A stretch of DNA of 20,946 nt from an uncultured Deferribacteres bacterium (lineage in GTDB: Bacteria; Zhuqueibacterota; Zhuqueibacteria; Zhuqueibacterales; Geothermadaptataceae): positions 1 through 20,946 of the forward strand of contig CAXHAT010000142.1 in assembly GCA_964014485.1 (NCBI GenBank), given 5' to 3'. A model generated the notes under the pieces. It saw only the letters and a program-made list of their open reading frames with translations. It was not told the origin of the DNA and made no database searches. This document shows, piece by piece, positions 16,290-20,946 of the stretch (position 1 is its first letter; each line of letters starts with the position of its first letter). The position numbers and the translations under genes are program-made.

Positions 16290-16556
16290 ATGAAAGACAT
16301 TCAAGTTACAATTGAGAACAAACTAGGACTACACGCTCGCCCGGCGGCAAAGCTGGTGCAAACCGCCGCAAAATTTGAGTCGGATATTTTCTTAAGTCGC
16401 GAATCGCAAGTCGTCAACGGCAAAAGCATCATGGGCGTCATGATGCTTGCCGCGGAGAAGGGCGCTGAACTTACGATTTCCGCCAACGGCGTCGACGAAG
16501 AAGATGCGCTGCAAGCTCTGTTGGCTTTGTTCCAGGAGAAGTTTGAAGAGGAATGA
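16290..16556 (+). CDS. ptsH: Phosphocarrier protein HPr
   Basis: GLHARPAA (His15) and NGKSIMGVMML (Ser46); 88 aa. Confidence 0.96.
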   Translation: MKDIQVTIENKLGLHARPAAKLVQTAAKFESDIFLSRESQVVNGKSIMGVMMLAAEKGAELTISANGVDEEDALQALLALFQEKFEEE

Positions 16557-18328
16557 TCCAAAATAACAAGACAGATCTGAACGCCGAACATATTTTTGAA
16601 GGTATTCCCGTTTCGCCCGGCGTTGCTATCGGCAAGGCGTTCGTGCTGGCAGGGGAAGCCGTTAAGTTTCGCAGCAAGCACGTGGCGGCGGCGGAAGTCA
16701 AGAATGAGCTCTCCCGGCTGGACGAGGCGTTAAAAAAAACGCGTTCCGAAATCAAAAAAATGCGTAAGGATGCGTTGCTTCGCGTGGGCAACCAAAACGC
16801 CGAGATTTTTGAAACCCACGATATGATCCTGGCCGATCCCGTCCTTTTGCAAGAGACGAAGACCGCGATTCAGAAGAAAAAATATTCAGCGGACTTCGCT
16901 TTCTATTCAATAATTGAAAAATATCAAGAGCAGCTTCAAGCTTCCAAAATTGAACATTTTCGCGAGCGCACGGCGGATTTGCGCGACATTAAAACGCGCG
17001 TTATCCGAAAAATCCAGGGCGACCGAAGGGATTATCTGCAAAAACTGAAAGGCTCCGCCGTCATTATCGCGCGCGACCTGACGCCTTCGGACACGATGTC
17101 TCTCGATCGGCATAAAATCTTGGGATTCGTTACCGATCTTGGGGGCAAAACGAGCCATTCAGCGATTATGGCGCGTTCTTTCGGCGTACCCGCAGCCGTC
17201 GGAATGAGAAAAGCGACGGAAAGCATCAGAAATGATGACCGCATCATTTTGGATGGAATCGGCGGCAAGGTTTACATCAATCCGGACAAGCCCACCCTCG
17301 ACTATTTTAAGGGCGAGCAAAAGCAGATAAACAACATCAATAAAAAGCTCGCCAGTTTGCGAGATTTGCCCGCACGCACCTTGGACGGCAAAGACATTGA
17401 CCTTGCCGCCAACCTTGAATTTGCCGACGAAATTGATACGGTCATCGAATACGGCGCACGCGGCGTCGGCCTCTACCGCACCGATCATTTTTTTATGGCG
17501 CGCGAGGACTTGCCATCGGAAGAAGAACAATTTGAAGAATATCGCAACGTCGCCGAAAGATTGCGCCCATACCCGGTGATTATTCGCACGATGGACGTTG
17601 GCGGAGATAAGAACCCCGGCAATATCCAGATGCCGATGGAGGAAAATCCTTATCTTGGCTTCCGCGCCCTCAGAATTTGCCTCGACCGCCCCGACATTTT
17701 CCAGCCTCAACTACGCGCCATTTTGCGCGCCAGCACTTACGGCAACGTCAAAATGCTCTTTCCGATGGTTTCGAGCATTGAAGAAGTGCAGGAAATTAAG
17801 GCGCACATCCAAACGGCGCGCAATGATTTGAAAAAAAGAAAAATCAAGGTTGCCGAGAATATCGAGATCGGCGCCATGATCGAAATTCCTTCGGCGGCTA
17901 TGATTGCCGACGTTTTGGCGCGAGAACTTGATTTTCTCAGCATCGGGACAAACGATCTCGTGCAATACATGTTGGCTGTTGATCGCGGCAACGAAAGGAT
18001 CGCCTATTTGTACAAAGAGCTGCATCCCGCCGTCTTGCGCATGATTCGTCTCGTTATTCGATCCGCGCATAAATGCGGCGCCTGGGTAGGTTTGTGCGGC
18101 GAAATGGGCGGCAACCCGTTGGCGACGCCCGTCCTGCTCGGCCTTGGCCTTGACGAAATCAGCGTCAGTCCGGTTGTCCTGCCTGAGATCAAGAGAATCA
18201 TCCGGGCGCTCTCGCACGAGGAAGCCGTTCGCATCGCGGACAGAGCGCTTTCAATGGCTTCCGCCAACGAAATCGAAGAATTTATGCGGCGCTTTATCCA
18301 GAAAAAATTTAAGAGCTTGTCGGTTTAG
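16553..18328 (+). CDS. ptsI: PEP-protein phosphotransferase, PTS Enzyme I
   Basis: GIPVSPGVAIG, TSHSAIMARS (phospho-His), RTMDVGGDK, EENPYLGFRALR, MIEIPSAA, SIGTNDLVQY, GLCGEMG. ATGA overlap with ptsH. Confidence 0.96.
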   Translation: MIQNNKTDLNAEHIFEGIPVSPGVAIGKAFVLAGEAVKFRSKHVAAAEVKNELSRLDEALKKTRSEIKKMRKDALLRVGNQNAEIFETHDMILADPVLLQETKTAIQKKKYSADFAFYSIIEKYQEQLQASKIEHFRERTADLRDIKTRVIRKIQGDRRDYLQKLKGSAVIIARDLTPSDTMSLDRHKILGFVTDLGGKTSHSAIMARSFGVPAAVGMRKATESIRNDDRIILDGIGGKVYINPDKPTLDYFKGEQKQINNINKKLASLRDLPARTLDGKDIDLAANLEFADEIDTVIEYGARGVGLYRTDHFFMAREDLPSEEEQFEEYRNVAERLRPYPVIIRTMDVGGDKNPGNIQMPMEENPYLGFRALRICLDRPDIFQPQLRAILRASTYGNVKMLFPMVSSIEEVQEIKAHIQTARNDLKKRKIKVAENIEIGAMIEIPSAAMIADVLARELDFLSIGTNDLVQYMLAVDRGNERIAYLYKELHPAVLRMIRLVIRSAHKCGAWVGLCGEMGGNPLATPVLLGLGLDEISVSPVVLPEIKRIIRALSHEEAVRIADRALSMASANEIEEFMRRFIQKKFKSLSV

Positions 18329-18358
18329 CGCCGACCCCGCTTCTGAGCACCCACTTTG

Positions 18359-18509
18359 TATGAAGAGCTACGATTTATGATCGCCCGCCTTCTAAATCAA
18401 ACGCTGTAGCGTTTGACTCCGGAGTTACTCTACAACGAAGGACACAAAGACGCTCTGAGATATCATATTATAAGCAGGAAAAGACCTGGCATGAACAGGA
18501 CTCTTCATA
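18359..18509. repeat. Nested inverted-repeat/REP-like element upstream of metK
   Basis: Outer IR TATGAAGAG (18359-18367) and CTCTTCATA (18501-18509). Inner palindrome TCAAACGCT-gt-AGCGTTTGA (18397-18416) overlaps TGTAG...ACTCCGGAGT...CTACA (18405-18434). Confidence 0.55.
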
Positions 18510-18551
18510 AAAGGCAATTATTTCGAACACACAAAAGGAAGGATGAACATT

Positions 18552-19688
18552 ATGGCCGTTAAGTTATTCACTTCAGAGTCAGTCAGCGAGGGCCATCCGG
18601 ACAAGATCGCGGATCAAATCTCAGACGCAGTTCTCGACGCAGCGCTCAAAGACGACCCAGGAAGCCGGGTCGCGTGTGAAACGTTCGTAACAACAGGCAT
18701 GGCGATGGTTGGCGGAGAAATCACAACCAAAACTTATGTCGATATTCCGTCGCTTGTCCGCGACACGATCAAGGACATTGGCTATGTAGACGCGGAATAT
18801 GGCTTTGACTATCAAACTTGCGCCGTCCTGACCACAATCGACCAGCAATCTCCAGACATCGCCATGGGCGTCGATCGTGAAGGCGCAGGCGATCAAGGCA
18901 TGATGTTCGGCTACGCGACGAAGGAAACTGACGAGTTCATGCCTATGCCGATTATGCTTGCTCACAAGTTAACGCGCAAAATGGCCGACGTTCGCAAAGC
19001 CGGGCAGCTCAATTTTCTGCGCCCGGACAGCAAATCTCAGGTGACAATTCAATATGAAGACGGCAAGCCGGTTGCGGTTGAAACGGTGGTTATCTCCACT
19101 CAGCATCACCCGGACGTATCAAATGAAGATTTGCACGCGGGAATTATAGAAACCGTCATTAAGCCGGTTTTGGCGACGGCAAACGTCAACACTGACAATG
19201 TTCGCTACTTGATCAACCCGACCGGGCGTTTTGTCATCGGCGGCCCGCAAGGCGACGCAGGCTTGACGGGCAGAAAAATTATCGTCGACACTTACGGCGG
19301 ACTTGGACGGCACGGCGGCGGCGCTTTCTCAGGAAAGGACGCCACGAAAGTTGATCGGTCAGCGGCTTATGCTGCGCGTTACGTTGCAAAAAATGTGGTT
19401 GCAGCCGGGCTGGCTGAGCGTTGCGAAATTCAACTCGCGTATGCCATTGGCGTGGCCGATCCCGTTTCAATCAGCATTGACGCTTTTGGCACCGGCGCGG
19501 TTTCCGAAGAGGAGATTGAACGTAAAATTAAGGCTTGTTTTAATTTACGACCTTCCGGCATTATCGAATCGCTTGATTTGAGAAAGCCCGTTTTCCGGCA
19601 AACGGCTTCTTACGGTCATTTTGGTCGTAACGAACCTGGCTTTACTTGGGAAGCCTTGGACAAAGTTGAAGCTCTGAACGCCGCATAA
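18552..19688 (+). CDS. metK: S-adenosylmethionine synthase
   Basis: [56 protein letters not shown] 18552 is better spaced from the AAGGAAGG RBS than ATG 18543. Confidence 0.97.
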   Translation: MAVKLFTSESVSEGHPDKIADQISDAVLDAALKDDPGSRVACETFVTTGMAMVGGEITTKTYVDIPSLVRDTIKDIGYVDAEYGFDYQTCAVLTTIDQQSPDIAMGVDREGAGDQGMMFGYATKETDEFMPMPIMLAHKLTRKMADVRKAGQLNFLRPDSKSQVTIQYEDGKPVAVETVVISTQHHPDVSNEDLHAGIIETVIKPVLATANVNTDNVRYLINPTGRFVIGGPQGDAGLTGRKIIVDTYGGLGRHGGGAFSGKDATKVDRSAAYAARYVAKNVVAAGLAERCEIQLAYAIGVADPVSISIDAFGTGAVSEEEIERKIKACFNLRPSGIIESLDLRKPVFRQTASYGHFGRNEPGFTWEALDKVEALNAA

Positions 19689-19693
19689 CTAAA

Positions 19694-19740
19694 AATGACG
19701 CACCTCGAAAAGCCGTTTTTCCACTCCGCGGTGCGTCATT
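19694..19740. repeat. Long-loop stem immediately after metK
   Basis: AATGACGCACCTCG (19694-19707) pairs with CGCGGTGCGTCATT (19727-19740) at 13 of 14 positions. Confidence 0.6.
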
Positions 19741-19833
19741 CTAAATTTGTCCCCCAATCAATTCCGCGCCATTCACGCCTGCCCCTCCTCCCTAAAAATA
19801 CCAACACGGTTTCTCCCGCAAGTCCGGTCGACC

Positions 19834-20799
19834 ATGTCTGCGTCAGTTAGCAGGACGCTTTTCAAACAGCAGCTTGCGAAAGCCGGCTTGCTCATCCGAT
19901 GCGCCGTCGTCGCGGCAGCGCTAATTGTTATCTTCAATTTTGTCGATTTTTCGGGAATTCCGGCGACTGTCAAATCAGCGAACAAAAATATGCTGGCGCT
20001 TACTCTGGCGCTCTGGCTCCCAAACTTATCACTGCAAGCGGTGAAATGGTTCTTCATTCTCAAATCTGTTTTCCCGCAAGCGCGCTTTCGCGAAGCGGTG
20101 CGCTCGTTTTTTGGCGCGCTTTCACTCGGCTTTATAACGCCCGGTCGCGCCGGAGAATTGGGGAAAGCCGTTTTTCTTCCGAATTACCATTGGCAAGTGG
20201 TTTCCGCCCTTGCCGTCATCGATACCTTAACTTTGCTGACCGCAAAAATCATTTGGGGCTTTGTCGCAGTTTATTTTTATCCTCATGAAGTGATCATTCC
20301 GACAGCGCCGACTCAGGCGAAAACAACAGCCTTTGTCGCAATCCTGGCAGGCGCGCTCTTCTTGCTCGGCTTGCTGCTCAGATTTGCGCCCGGTCTCAGA
20401 AAGAAATTCACAACTGCCGCCGCCAAAATTCGCGAGTCGCTCGCCGCCGCCAATCAAACCCGCATCGCAATAGCTTTCCTGCTCTCGTTGCTCTTCGTCG
20501 CCCTTTTTTCAACGCAATTTGCACTTGTGGTTCACGCGCTCCACCCGCTCGAAGTCGTTCCCGCAACAAGCGCTGCGGTTCTCACAAACATCACTAAATC
20601 ACTCCTTCCCATATCCTTTGGCGATTTAGGCGTTCGCGAAGGCGCGGCTATTTTTATTTTCGGAAAATTGGGCGTGCCGGCTGCAGTCGCCGTAACCAGC
20701 GCTTTGTTTATTTTCACGCTCAACGTCGCGATTCCCGCATTAATCGGACTGCCGATTTTGTGGCAAGTCAAACAAAAAAAGCGGGCGTCCGCTCAATAA
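19834..20799 (+). CDS. Lysylphosphatidylglycerol synthase TM-region family membrane protein (UPF0104/YbhN, flippase-like)
   Basis: QAVKWFFIL, GFITPGRAGELGK, LLPISFGDLGVREGAAIFIF; multiple TM helices. Start is uncertain (ATG 19834 preferred over TTG 19747). Confidence 0.85.
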   Translation: MSASVSRTLFKQQLAKAGLLIRCAVVAAALIVIFNFVDFSGIPATVKSANKNMLALTLALWLPNLSLQAVKWFFILKSVFPQARFREAVRSFFGALSLGFITPGRAGELGKAVFLPNYHWQVVSALAVIDTLTLLTAKIIWGFVAVYFYPHEVIIPTAPTQAKTTAFVAILAGALFLLGLLLRFAPGLRKKFTTAAAKIRESLAAANQTRIAIAFLLSLLFVALFSTQFALVVHALHPLEVVPATSAAVLTNITKSLLPISFGDLGVREGAAIFIFGKLGVPAAVAVTSALFIFTLNVAIPALIGLPILWQVKQKKRASAQ

Positions 20800-20915
20800 G
20801 CGAATACCCGCCGTTTAAAAAGATCAGTCAAGGGAAGCTTCAAGTAACTGATGTTACGCACGCGTCGTTTGTCACGCACGATCAGAGTTCGCGAGCAACT
20901 TTTGATTCTCATTAG

Positions 20916-20941
20916 CTCCGCTCTTCAGAGCGGAGATTTTT
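20916..20941 (+). terminator. Intrinsic terminator candidate
   Basis: CTCCGCTC-ttca-GAGCGGAG, a perfect GC-rich stem followed by ATTTTT. Confidence 0.65.
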
Positions 20942-20946
20942 GAAAG

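Noticed and set aside
18359..18520. SAM-I (S-box) riboswitch upstream of metK, suggested by TATGAAGAG resembling TATCAAGAG
   Set aside because: The downstream core elements (GAGGGA..GGCCC, GCAACC, GGTGC.AA.TCC) and an expression-platform terminator are not visible.
2634..19688. A single SAM-centred gene cluster (three methyltransferases plus metK)
   Set aside because: The genes are in different orientations and operons, and metK is over 11 kb away in a housekeeping block. Co-location is probably coincidental.
1..20946. CRISPR array, tRNA, rRNA, integrase or transposase
   Set aside because: No regularly spaced direct repeats, no cloverleaf or T-loop motifs in intergenic regions, and no recombinase motifs in the ORFs.

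Overview
Bacterial chromosomal window, probably from an FCB-group organism (Bacteroidetes-type FabI, TAnnTTTG-like promoter elements, an ispA-ptsH-ptsI-metK block; KSB1/Calditrichota-like is an inference). It begins with a Nextera/Tn5 adapter remnant (1-13). The left ~8 kb looks accessory: a zinc-ribbon ABC exporter, a PhcB-like SAM methyltransferase, and a minus-strand run of DNA methyltransferase - DUF1854 - arsR - arsM. The DNA methyltransferase is an internal tandem duplication with a degenerate N-terminal copy. It is divergent from an unknown 231-aa ORF that may be a catalytically eroded restriction-endonuclease-like protein, with a MITE-like nested inverted-repeat element between them. 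The rest is mostly housekeeping: fabI, an extended SDR, yajQ, two Tat-signal Gfo/Idh/MocA oxidoreductases, an AbgT-family transporter, a polyprenyl synthase, ptsH, ptsI, metK and a lysylphosphatidylglycerol-synthase-TM family membrane protein. Most intergenic spaces carry REP-like or hairpin elements. No rRNA, tRNA, CRISPR array or transposase was seen.
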